Notes under the pieces: model-generated
What the model was told of the DNA's origin: nothing
The model's database searches: none
What the model saw: only the letters and a program-made list of their open reading frames with translations
Position numbers and translations under genes: made by a program
Shown: positions 22,022-30,891 of the stretch, one piece after another
Layout of the letters: each line of letters opens with the position of its first letter
Numbering within the stretch: the first letter of the stretch is position 1
NCBI GenBank assembly: GCA_037443265.1
Contig: JBBIOR010000010.1
Coordinates: 30,179 to 64,761 of the forward strand
DNA length: 34,583 bases
Direction: 5' to 3'
Source of the DNA: Candidatus Fraserbacteria bacterium
Lineage (GTDB): Bacteria > Bipolaricaulota > Bipolaricaulia > RBG-16-55-9

Positions 22022-23106
22022 CCCAGGCCCGCCAGTCGGAAGACCTGCACCCGATGATTGTCTGAATCCGCGATGTAGATCAGCCCTTGAGTCGAGACGG
22101 CGATGCCCTTAGGGAAGAAGAACTGCCCATCGCCCAGATCCGAGGGGCCGGCCCCATCGGGATCGAGGCAGCCGGTGCCCGCCGGAACGTCTTCTGTGCC
22201 CACTAAGGCGCAGAGGCTGCCCCACGCACCTAAGAAGAGGCCCTCGGCATCAAAGACCTCCGCGCGATTATTCCCCTGATCGAGCACGTAGATCCTGCCC
22301 GCCTGATCGGCGGCAATCCCGAAGGGCCTTCGAAATTGCCCATCACCCGCCCTAAGCGGGCCGTCTCCGTCTGGGTCGACGCAGCCTTCTTGTGTGCTGA
22401 GCGAGCAGAGGCTGCCCCACGAGTTCAAGAATCTCCCGTCAAGATCAAAGCGCTGCACGCGATGATTGCCGTTGTCCGTCACATAGACGGAGTCTTTATA
22501 GATGGCAATACCGCTGGGAAAGCGGAATTGACCGGCTTCCGTGCCCTCCCTGCCCCAGGCTTTGAGGAACTTGCCGGCGTGATCGAAGACTTGCACGCGA
22601 TGATTCACAACATCTGCCACGTAGACACGTCCCTCCTCATCCGTGGCCAGGCCCACAGGGTTGTTGAATTGGCCTTCCGCATTCCCTTCGCTGCCCCATT
22701 GGAAGAGGAACTCCCCCTCGGGGCTGAAGGCCTGAATGCGATGATTGCCAGAGTCCGCTACGTAGACGATCCCACTCAGCGGGTTGTAGACGAGGCCCTC
22801 GGGCGTATTGAATTGCCCTGCAAGGCTTGAGCACCCCTCTTTCGTCTCTAGAACGCACAGCGAGCCCCACTGGAAGAGGAATTGCCCTTGAGCGTCGAAG
22901 ACTTGCACGCGATGGTTGTTCGTGTCAGCCACATAGATGCGCCCCTCGGGGCCGAGGGCGATCCCCTCGGGTGCGTTGAACTCCCCTGGCCCCTCCCCCA
23001 GGCTCCCCCACTTCCCGACCAGACTGGGAGTCAGCTGAGCATAGCTCCAAAGATAGACGAGAAGAATCCCTAGCCATACCCACGGCACGATCTGTCTTGT
23101 CTTCAT
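22015..23106 (-). CDS. Secreted NHL-repeat six-bladed beta-propeller protein
   Basis: Six repeats of GxF..P.G.A.....YV.D.gNhRvqvF; N-terminal signal/TM segment. Start is either ATG 23106 or GTG 23121. Confidence 0.9.
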   Translation of the reverse strand: MKTRQIVPWVWLGILLVYLWSYAQLTPSLVGKWGSLGEGPGEFNAPEGIALGPEGRIYVADTNNHRVQVFDAQGQFLFQWGSLCVLETKEGCSSLAGQFNTPEGLVYNPLSGIVYVADSGNHRIQAFSPEGEFLFQWGSEGNAEGQFNNPVGLATDEEGRVYVADVVNHRVQVFDHAGKFLKAWGREGTEAGQFRFPSGIAIYKDSVYVTDNGNHRVQRFDLDGRFLNSWGSLCSLSTQEGCVDPDGDGPLRAGDGQFRRPFGIAADQAGRIYVLDQGNNRAEVFDAEGLFLGAWGSLCALVGTEDVPAGTGCLDPDGAGPSDLGDGQFFFPKGIAVSTQGLIYIADSDNHRVQVFRLAGLGY

Positions 23107-23127
23107 GCGTGGAAGAGGCACCTCCCG

Positions 23128-23835
23128 TTAGCTGCCCAAGTAGGCCTTGCGGATGTACTCATCCCGTTTGAGTTCTTCCACAGATCCTTGACGCACGATT
23201 TGGCCTGTCTCCAAGAGATAGATTCGCTCCGAGTGCTTGAAGGCAAAGTCCGCGTTCTGCTCCGCCAGCAGGATCGTCATGCGGTATTGCCTCTGGATCT
23301 CTAAGAGTGCTTGCGAGATGTGTGTTCTCACGATCGGAGCAAGTCCCAAGGTGGGCTCATCGAGCAAGAGCAGGCGCGGGCGGCCCATGAGCGCCCGGCC
23401 GATGGCGACCATCTGCTGCTCTCCGCCAGAGAGCGTGTGTACCATCTGATGCGGGCGCTCCGCCAGGCGCGGGAAGAGCTCGAAGACGGCCTCAAGATCG
23501 CGCGCGATGTTGGGATCTCGGCGGCGGTACGCACCCAATTTCAAATTATCCAGCACGCTCAGGTAGGGAAACAGGCTACGCCCCTCCGGGCAGTGGATCA
23601 CACCCGCCTGCACGACTTCATGAGGCGTGCGCGGTAGTTCCTGTCCGGCTAGGCGGATGATGCCGCGATAGGGAACCAGCGCCGAGATCGCGTTAAAGAG
23701 CGTCGTCTTGCCCGCCCCGTTGGGCCCGATCACCGCGACGAACTCGCCCTCTTCGACAGAGAACGAGATCGCGTGGAGCGCTTGGGCCTTGCCATAGAAG
23801 ACCTCTAAGCCTGTCACTTCCATAAGCTTCGTCAT
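23128..23835 (-). CDS. livF: Branched-chain amino acid-type ABC ATPase LivF
   Basis: [37 protein letters not shown]. Confidence 0.92.
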   Translation of the reverse strand: MTKLMEVTGLEVFYGKAQALHAISFSVEEGEFVAVIGPNGAGKTTLFNAISALVPYRGIIRLAGQELPRTPHEVVQAGVIHCPEGRSLFPYLSVLDNLKLGAYRRRDPNIARDLEAVFELFPRLAERPHQMVHTLSGGEQQMVAIGRALMGRPRLLLLDEPTLGLAPIVRTHISQALLEIQRQYRMTILLAEQNADFAFKHSERIYLLETGQIVRQGSVEELKRDEYIRKAYLGS

Positions 23836-24617
23836 GGTGCCGAGCCGGCCAAATACGCCTCTTGTACCCGTGGGTTCTCCGCCACCTCTTCGGGTGTCCC
23901 CTCAGCCAGCTTCTGCCCAAAGTGAATGACGACTACGCGATCCACAAGCTTCATCAGCCCGCGCATGTTGTGATCGACGATCACGAGCGTCCGCCCCTCC
24001 TCGCGCAAGTCCCGCAAGAGCAGGCTCAGTTCATCCACCTCCGCTTGGGTCAGCCCGGCGAACGGCTCATCGAGCAGGAGCAATGCCGGATCGGTAGCCA
24101 GAGCCTTGGCGATCTCCAGGCGCCGCAGGCCGGCCTGAGGCAAGGAGCCGGGAGACTGCTGCCAGCAGGCGCATGAGTCTCCTGCTGTGGCACAGCTGCC
24201 CTCCTCGTGCCCCCAGAGCCGGCATAGGCCCGTGCGCGCACAGCATTCCCTCACCCGCGCCCGCCGCTTGTGCCCGGGGTTCCTGCGGAAGATCTCATTG
24301 GGGATGAGCGCGATCTCCACGTTCTGAGCGATCGTCTTGTGGCGAAACGGCCTGGGAATCTGAAACGTACGCGCGATGCCGGCATTGACGATCCGGTACG
24401 GCGGCCAGCCGCTGATGTCTTGCCCGTTGAAAAGGATCTGCCCCCGGTCTGGGCGATAGACCCCCATGATGAGATTGAAGACCGTCGTCTTGCCTGCGCC
24501 ATTCGGACCGATGAACCCCAAGATCTCCCCCGGCCGCACCTCAAAGCTGAGCTCGCGAACGGCTTGAAGACCTCCGAACGCCTTCGAGATGCGAGCTAAC
24601 TCGAGAATCGCCTTCAT
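23832..24617 (-). CDS. livG: Branched-chain amino acid-type ABC ATPase LivG with a Cys-rich insertion
   Basis: [32 protein letters not shown]-terminal NPRVQEAYL. Confidence 0.92.
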   Translation of the reverse strand: MKAILELARISKAFGGLQAVRELSFEVRPGEILGFIGPNGAGKTTVFNLIMGVYRPDRGQILFNGQDISGWPPYRIVNAGIARTFQIPRPFRHKTIAQNVEIALIPNEIFRRNPGHKRRARVRECCARTGLCRLWGHEEGSCATAGDSCACWQQSPGSLPQAGLRRLEIAKALATDPALLLLDEPFAGLTQAEVDELSLLLRDLREEGRTLVIVDHNMRGLMKLVDRVVVIHFGQKLAEGTPEEVAENPRVQEAYLAGSAP

Positions 24618-25687
24618 CTCCGTCTCCCTACGCCAAGCTCGCCCGTCTCTTGAGCGTTGCGCACGGCGCCCGCCGGAGTATACAACGCCTGCCAGCCTCG
24701 TCGCAGCTGCACCCGCAGCTTGGCCAATAGGCCCCCCGGCACCAACAGCAAGACCCCCAGAGCTAGCGAAAAGAGCACCACAAACCGCAACGCGCCCAAG
24801 AGCCGTAGATACTCCTCCGTGATCTTGAAGAAGAAGGCCCCGAAGATGGGGCCGAAGATCGTCCCCAACCCGCCCAACACGGAGGCCACAATCGCCTGCA
24901 CAGAGATCTCTAGATCGAGCACCGCCTTAGGCGAGGCCGAGCCGATGTGATACACGTAGAACGCCCCGCTCAGGCCCGCAATGAAGGCGCTCATCCCAAA
25001 GGCCAACGTCTTGTACTTGGCCGTGTTGAGGCCGGCCGCTTGAGCGGCTTCCTCATCGTCGCGGATCGCTTCCAGGGCCAGGCCGAACCGCGAGCGGGTA
25101 AGAGCGTAGAGCAACAGGGCCATCCCCACCATGAGCCCGAGCGCATAATAATATTTCGCCGTGGCATCGAAGGTGAGAAAGCACTGGGGGATGCAGAGGA
25201 TGGCCCCTTCGGCGCCGGGGATCCCAATCTGGGGTTTGGCCCAGCGCATGAGTCTTTCGAAGGCCAGCGCGGCCACCAGCGTCATGAGCGACAGATACGG
25301 CCCGTGCAGTCTGAGCGCGGGTGCGGCCACGACCAGCCCCCCGACGGCCGCCACCAGGCCCCCCAGAGCGATGATGAGCACTGGACTCCACCCAAAGAGC
25401 ACGGACATCACCGCGCTCGTATAGCCTCCGAGCCCGAAGAAGAGAGAATGCCCGAAGCTGATCTGGCCCGCATATCCTCCCAAAAGATCCCAACTCATAG
25501 CGAGAATGGCCCAAAGGCAAGCGACCGTCAGCGTATCCAGCCAGCGGCGCAGCAGAATGGGATTGACTTTCATATCGGGGAAGAGCAGGGGCAATAGATA
25601 CGGAATCGCAAGAAGCAGCCCGAGCGTGAGCCCGAGCCCGATCCACCACAAGCACGAGGGGAGACGGAGCTGGCGGGGGCGGCTCAT
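24614..25687 (-). CDS. livM: LivM-type ABC permease
   Basis: GYAGQISFGH..FFGLGGY, LRLHGPY, SRFGLALEAIRDDEEAA, VLGGLGT..GP. Confidence 0.9.
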   Translation of the reverse strand: MSRPRQLRLPSCLWWIGLGLTLGLLLAIPYLLPLLFPDMKVNPILLRRWLDTLTVACLWAILAMSWDLLGGYAGQISFGHSLFFGLGGYTSAVMSVLFGWSPVLIIALGGLVAAVGGLVVAAPALRLHGPYLSLMTLVAALAFERLMRWAKPQIGIPGAEGAILCIPQCFLTFDATAKYYYALGLMVGMALLLYALTRSRFGLALEAIRDDEEAAQAAGLNTAKYKTLAFGMSAFIAGLSGAFYVYHIGSASPKAVLDLEISVQAIVASVLGGLGTIFGPIFGAFFFKITEEYLRLLGALRFVVLFSLALGVLLLVPGGLLAKLRVQLRRGWQALYTPAGAVRNAQETGELGVGRRR

Positions 25688-26541
25688 GCCGCAGCCCTCC
25701 CTAAAAGCCCCTGGGGCCTTAGCATCAGCACCACCATCAAGATGGCCAAAGAGGCGAGCCCACGGGCCTCGGGCGCAAACTGCTGGATGATCGTCTCAGA
25801 ATAGCCGATGATGAAGGCCGCCCACAGCGAGCCGGGAATGCTGCCCAGCCCTCCGAGCACGACGGTGGAGAAGGCAATCACCAGTAAGAGTCTCTCCTCC
25901 AGAGGGCTGATCCCAAAGAAGGAGCCGATGAAGAGCCCGGCAATCGCGGCCAGAGCTCCCGAGATCCCCCAGACCCCCAAGATGATCTGCCTGGCTGGGA
26001 TACCCACCAGGGCGGCCCCGCGGCGCTCCATGGATAGAGCGAGGATGGCCTTGCCCAGGCGGGCCCGCCTCACAAAGAGCCAGAGGCCCAGAAGAATCAG
26101 GAGCACAATGGCACTGGCCGCGACACGATTGTACGAGATGCGCGTGCCAAGCAGCGTGAAGCTCCCCTCCCAAAGAGGCGGGAGGATGCGCGAGTTGAAG
26201 CTGAAGGTGAGCGCGATGCTCTGCTCTAAAATCACGGCCAGAAGCAGCGTGGCTAAAAATACTATAATGGGTCGATCTTCCACCGGGCGGACGAAGACGA
26301 GATAGAAGAGCGGCGCAAGAACCCCCATCCCCAGGACGGCGAAAGCGGCCGCGGCGGGTAGGCCCCAGCCCCAGGCGCTCATAGCCCAGATGGCCAGATA
26401 GGCCCCAACCATGGCAAAGGCCCCATGGGCCAGGTTGAGCACGCCGGCCACGCCGAAGATCATCGTAAAGCCCAACGCCGTCAGCGCATAGAGGGAGCTG
26501 ATGAGAAACCCCAGAATGAGGACTTCTACGATGCCGCCCAA
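25684..26541 (-). CDS. livH: LivH-type ABC permease
   Basis: YALTALGFTMIFGV..VLNLAHG, LGKAILA, VLGGLGS..G, RPQGLLG; TTG start behind AAGGGG. Confidence 0.9.
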   Translation of the reverse strand: MGGIVEVLILGFLISSLYALTALGFTMIFGVAGVLNLAHGAFAMVGAYLAIWAMSAWGWGLPAAAAFAVLGMGVLAPLFYLVFVRPVEDRPIIVFLATLLLAVILEQSIALTFSFNSRILPPLWEGSFTLLGTRISYNRVAASAIVLLILLGLWLFVRRARLGKAILALSMERRGAALVGIPARQIILGVWGISGALAAIAGLFIGSFFGISPLEERLLLVIAFSTVVLGGLGSIPGSLWAAFIIGYSETIIQQFAPEARGLASLAILMVVLMLRPQGLLGRAAA

Positions 26542-26581
26542 GACGATTCCCCTTATAGCGGTCGGCTCTTAATCGCAAGCA

Positions 26582-26619
26582 ACGGAGGAGGCAGGCCCAT
26601 GGCGGCTCTGCTCCTCCGT
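26582..26619 (-). other. Stem-loop between the binding-protein gene and livH (likely mRNA-stabilising or attenuating)
   Basis: ACGGAGGAG(26582-26590)/CTCCTCCGT(26611-26619) 9-bp perfect stem plus inner pairing; no U-tract. Confidence 0.55.
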
Positions 26620-26640
26620 GCCCGTTCACGTCGCACGAGC

Positions 26641-28029
26641 CTACCGCAGCCAGGGGGGCAGGACGAAGGGCTTCGTGGCCAGATTCGGCGGGAAGATGAC
26701 CTCAGGCTGCCCGCTCTGCCACTGGATCCAAATGCCTTCCGCTAAGCCTGGCCCGAAGCGCACATCGTGTGGGAAGTCTTGAGTCGGAGGCAAGTTGTTG
26801 GCAACCAGCAGCGGCGCCGGCACGGCGCCCGCCTCCCCTCTCTGATAGAAGCCGAGGTGGCCGCTTGTGCCCGTAAAGAGGTTTGTGGGTTTGCCGTCTG
26901 GGCCCAGCGCGCCGAACTTCTCCAGCTCCCCTATGACGGCCGTGGTACTCGCCTCGTCGGTGGGGAGCACGCCCGCCTTCTCCGCGGCGGCCTTGAGCAA
27001 GTAGATCGCGTCGTAGCTGATGAAGGCGTTGTAGCTGGGGATGGTCACCTCGGGCTTGAAGGCGGTGAAGCTCTCAAAGGCATCCGTGAAGGGGATGGTT
27101 CTTTCGGTGATGGGTGCGCGCGCCCCAGCGGTGAGCGTGACTACAGACTCAGCCGCACCCTGGGTGTTCTGGTCGAAGCGACCGTCCTGAGCGTGGACGT
27201 TGATCCCGACCAGCGGCAGTGGGACCTGCTGGGCGGCCCATTGGGCCGTCGGTCGCGTGCCCGTGTGGGCCATCACCGTGAAGATGCCGCCCTTCTTGCC
27301 CTGCATGGCCGCTACCGCGCGGTTGAAGAGGGCCGTGAAGTCCGTGGTGTCCTCGGCGTAGCGGATGGTATCGGCCACTTGCAGCTTGGAGCCGGCCGCC
27401 TGCAAGAGCAGCGGGAATCCCGCGGTGATCGGCTGGGTCCAGGCCGCGTCCTCGGCGAAGACTACGATCGCGTTCCAACCGAGCCCCCGCTCCAAGAAGC
27501 CTACGGCAAAGGTGATGGCCGCCTGGAGGATGAGGAAGGAGTTGATCGGCCCCACGCGGAAGAAGAACTTGAAGTTATCGTAGTCCTGGGAGACCCGAAT
27601 GGTGGCCGCCGGCGTGGAGGCTCCGGTGCCCAGGAAGAGCTTGCGCACGATGGGGATGACAGCCAAGGAGCCGATGAGCTCCTCACTGAAGAAGAAGCCG
27701 GTGAGCACTTGGGCCCCGCGTCCGACCAGATCTTGCAGGGCTAGGGGGGCCTGGTCCGCCCGGCCGGCGCTGTCGGAGACGATCAACTCCAGCGGCCGTC
27801 CCAAAATCCCCCCGGCCGCGTTGATCTCGGAGATCCCCAGTCTGAGGGCCTTCTCCGCCGCCTCCCCAAAGAAAGTGGCCAACGGGTTGGCCATCCCAAT
27901 CCGGAAGGGCTGCTGCCCCAGAACCCCGGGTCCTTCCCTCAGCGGACTGAGCGAAAGAGCCATGGCCGTCGCCCCGACATATTTGAGAAACGTCCTGCGG
28001 CTGTGCCGCTTGCAGCTAAACTCAGTCAT
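26641..28029 (-). CDS. LivJ/K-family ABC substrate-binding protein with a Tat signal
   Basis: SRRTFLK twin-arginine motif, EINAAGGILGRPLELIVSD, TDFT, YDAIYLLK.A; strong AGGAGG SD. Confidence 0.9.
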   Translation of the reverse strand: MTEFSCKRHSRRTFLKYVGATAMALSLSPLREGPGVLGQQPFRIGMANPLATFFGEAAEKALRLGISEINAAGGILGRPLELIVSDSAGRADQAPLALQDLVGRGAQVLTGFFFSEELIGSLAVIPIVRKLFLGTGASTPAATIRVSQDYDNFKFFFRVGPINSFLILQAAITFAVGFLERGLGWNAIVVFAEDAAWTQPITAGFPLLLQAAGSKLQVADTIRYAEDTTDFTALFNRAVAAMQGKKGGIFTVMAHTGTRPTAQWAAQQVPLPLVGINVHAQDGRFDQNTQGAAESVVTLTAGARAPITERTIPFTDAFESFTAFKPEVTIPSYNAFISYDAIYLLKAAAEKAGVLPTDEASTTAVIGELEKFGALGPDGKPTNLFTGTSGHLGFYQRGEAGAVPAPLLVANNLPPTQDFPHDVRFGPGLAEGIWIQWQSGQPEVIFPPNLATKPFVLPPWLR

Positions 28030-28067
28030 GCTCTTCTCCTCCTCTTTTCTTTTCTTTTATCTTTATT

Positions 28068-29159
28068 TTATTTAATGATCGTCCCGATCACCGTCACGTC
28101 CTTTGCGGCCACAGGGTCAATCAGGAGATGGCGCCCGTTTTGCAGCAGAGTCAGCGCGATGAGCGTGGCGCTTGCGGACTCGAAGTTCTTGCTGAGATCA
28201 CCCACCAGAATCCCGATGGGATTCTGGGAGATGACCGTCCCTGAGACCGTTGCGCTCGCATGGACCTGGGAATCCGCTTGGGTGGCGCAGCCCGGCAGTG
28301 TGGACGAGGGCCCGCCGATGTGCAAGCCGGCCTTGCCATTCTGTTCCAAGCGCCCTCCGGTAACGATTGCCTGAGCATTGTCCTCCACAGCCAGGCCATA
28401 GCAGCCGTTCTCACGGGCAATCAAGCCCTCGATCACCCCTTGCGAGCCGCCACCCAGCTGGACCCCGCTCAGACTATGCTTGGCGATCAGGGTGTTGGCC
28501 CCAATTCTGACGGTAGCTTGATCCAGAGCGGAGAGCCCGTTGGCGCCATTCTCCCGAATGGACGTGGCCCCACAGGATTGCCCGCTCAGGCTCAAGCTCA
28601 CCGCGATCTGGGAGCTGCCCCGCAGGGCGATGCCACTTCCGATAGGCAATCCCAGAACGGTGAGGCCGTTTTTGGTGATCAGCACATCGCACAGGGAGGC
28701 GCGGGCGGCATCAAAGAGGGCCACCCCATTCGCCGCGTTCCCGGCGATGGTGACGGCCACTAGGCTGAGCCGAGGCGCAAACTGACTGGGCAGCCCCGGT
28801 GCGGCCTGGGCTTGCACCCCATGGAGCCCCTTGGTGATCGTCAGATATCTGAGCGTGATCTGGAAGGGGCCCACGACGACCACACCTCCCGTGATGACAA
28901 CCCGGTTGCGATCCGATCCGATGATGGCCAGGTTCTTGGCGATGATCACAGGACCCGCATATTCGCCAGGCTCGACGAAGATCGTGCTGTTGTCAGAGGC
29001 TTTGCCCACGGCTTCTCGTAGATCAGCAAAGTCGCAGCCTTGGGCGCAGACGCGCAGGAGCTGTCCGGCTTGAGCGGACCATCCCAGGCCGGCCACAAGC
29101 ACAGCAATAAATACCCAGCCCATCACGAGAGCTCCCCTTGACCTCCTCATGGCTTGCAT
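28068..29159 (-). CDS. Secreted right-handed parallel beta-helix repeat protein (pectin-lyase-like fold)
   Basis: Signal peptide, V.PGEY motif, repeated I..N...GI/V.L units; AAGGAGG SD. Confidence 0.8.
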   Translation of the reverse strand: MQAMRRSRGALVMGWVFIAVLVAGLGWSAQAGQLLRVCAQGCDFADLREAVGKASDNSTIFVEPGEYAGPVIIAKNLAIIGSDRNRVVITGGVVVVGPFQITLRYLTITKGLHGVQAQAAPGLPSQFAPRLSLVAVTIAGNAANGVALFDAARASLCDVLITKNGLTVLGLPIGSGIALRGSSQIAVSLSLSGQSCGATSIRENGANGLSALDQATVRIGANTLIAKHSLSGVQLGGGSQGVIEGLIARENGCYGLAVEDNAQAIVTGGRLEQNGKAGLHIGGPSSTLPGCATQADSQVHASATVSGTVISQNPIGILVGDLSKNFESASATLIALTLLQNGRHLLIDPVAAKDVTVIGTIIK

Positions 29160-29293
29160 GCTTTTACCCTCCTTTTTGAGTATGCCGGATTTGGCGATGT
29201 TTAGCTCTTCCTCTCTTTCTTATCTTATCTTAGGACCCGCTCGTAATTCCCATCTCTCACCTCCCCATCTCTTCCCTTGGGGGCACCTGCTCG

Positions 29294-29347
29294 TTGTGCA
29301 GCAGGGCCTGTTTTGACTATACTACTGCCAAATCCTGGGGCAGGCAA
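29294..29347. promoter_or_regulatory. Overlapping bidirectional promoters sharing one -10 region
   Basis: Plus strand TTGTGC(29294)-18-TATACT(29318-29323); minus strand TTGCCT(29347)-17-TAGTAT(29324-29319). Confidence 0.5.
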
Positions 29348-29379
29348 ATCGAAGAGCGCCCCCAGGAGGAGGGATAAGA

Positions 29380-30891
29380 GTGATCGAGGCGGCCGGCGAA
29401 CTCATCTTGGCGCAAGTCCTGCGGGAGAGCAGCGTCGCTCTGATCAGCGGCGTCTACGGCGACCCTGTCACCTCGCTGCTGGATCGGCTGGCAGAGATGG
29501 GATTGCCTGTGGAGATCTCCGTGGAGGAGAAGACGGCGCTGGCCCAGGCCTTAGGAGCTTCGGCGGCAGGGAGGCGGGCTGTCGTCTGCCTGAAACAAGT
29601 CGGACTCAATGTGGCATCCGATCCGCTGGTGAACGCGGCGACCCATGGGATCGGAGCCGGACTTCTGGTCCTCTGCGGAGACGATCCGGGGGCCGCCAAA
29701 TCGACCAACGAGCAGGACTCCCGCTGGTACGCCAAATTAGCGGAGATCCCTGTGCTGACACCCCATGATCCCGCCAGCTTGGCCCAGGCGGTCTCCGAAG
29801 GATTCTCAATCTCTGAAGAGCTGGGCATTCCCGTGTTGCTCCAGATCACAGGACGCCTTACGGCCATGGAAGGAAGAGTGGAGCAGATCCAGAAGCTGGC
29901 TCCTCCTCCCCGACTGGAGAGGAGCCGGCCCTGGGGCCGCTTCATTTTGGAGAGGCACAAATATCATTTTGAGCACGTCTGGCCCCGCTTGATGGAGCAA
30001 GTTGAGAGCTCGGCGTTGAATCGCCTGCGGCGCGGGCGTGGGAAAGACGGCGTGATCTCCTGTGGCTATGTGGCCTCGTTGGTCGAGCACGAGAACCATC
30101 TTAGCTTGGGATATGCTCATCCCCTGCCCGAACGCCAGATCGTAAAATTTCTCGAAGGGCTCAAGCGCGTGCTGGTGGTCGAGGAGATCGCGCCCCTGGT
30201 CGAGGAGGGCGTGCGGGCGCTGGTGGCGGCTCATGGACTCCGTGTGCAAGTGCTGGGGAGACTTTCGGGCCATCTGCCGCGGGTGGGTCAGCTGGAGAAG
30301 CGCCACATCGAGATGGCCATCTCAGCGCAGCCTTCGGGCTTGAACTTCGACATTGAACTTAAGCTGAGCGGCTCGCTCGAAAAGCTGCCCTGCGGCGGGT
30401 TCGAGATGCTCTATCAAGCGCTCGATTCGCTCCTTCCCGAGGATCACCTCGTGGCCGGGGATGTGGGCTGTTCCATCCTCCACGGCTATTTCCCTCCTCA
30501 GGTGATCGACACGGCCTATGCGTTGGGGACGCCCATCGCCACGGCCTCGGGGATGAGCCTTTCCGGTCGCAAGGGGATTGCCATAATCGGCGATGTCGGC
30601 TTTCTGCACTCGGGCCTCACGAGCCTCCTCAACGCTGTGGAGCACGGCCACAATGTGCTCGTGATTGTTCTCAATAATCAAATCGCGGCCATGACCCCGG
30701 GCCGTCAAGGGATCAAGGGTCTTTCAAAATTGAGGAAGCTCGTCGAGGCCTGTGGGCCGACGGCCATCGATGAGATCGACCTGAAGAATATTCAGCCCGG
30801 CGCGCTTAAAGAGCTATTGAGTCGGCGTCTGGGCGAGCGCGGCGTGCACGTCGTCATCGCCCGAGCCGAGCCCAAACCTTTCCGGTTATGA
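29380..30891 (+). CDS. Indolepyruvate:ferredoxin oxidoreductase alpha-like TPP enzyme lacking the ferredoxin domain
   Basis: KQVGLNVASDPL, DDPG..STNEQDSR, GDVGC and the TPP motif IGDVGFLHSG...LNN...AMT; GTG start behind AGGAGG. Confidence 0.85.
   Translation: MIEAAGELILAQVLRESSVALISGVYGDPVTSLLDRLAEMGLPVEISVEEKTALAQALGASAAGRRAVVCLKQVGLNVASDPLVNAATHGIGAGLLVLCGDDPGAAKSTNEQDSRWYAKLAEIPVLTPHDPASLAQAVSEGFSISEELGIPVLLQITGRLTAMEGRVEQIQKLAPPPRLERSRPWGRFILERHKYHFEHVWPRLMEQVESSALNRLRRGRGKDGVISCGYVASLVEHENHLSLGYAHPLPERQIVKFLEGLKRVLVVEEIAPLVEEGVRALVAAHGLRVQVLGRLSGHLPRVGQLEKRHIEMAISAQPSGLNFDIELKLSGSLEKLPCGGFEMLYQALDSLLPEDHLVAGDVGCSILHGYFPPQVIDTAYALGTPIATASGMSLSGRKGIAIIGDVGFLHSGLTSLLNAVEHGHNVLVIVLNNQIAAMTPGRQGIKGLSKLRKLVEACGPTAIDEIDLKNIQPGALKELLSRRLGERGVHVVIARAEPKPFRL

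Noticed and set aside
29187..29335. 9-bp inverted repeat GGATTTGGC/GCCAAATCC about 130 bp apart (possible MITE ends)
   Set aside because: Short, no target-site duplication, no second copy in the window; may be chance
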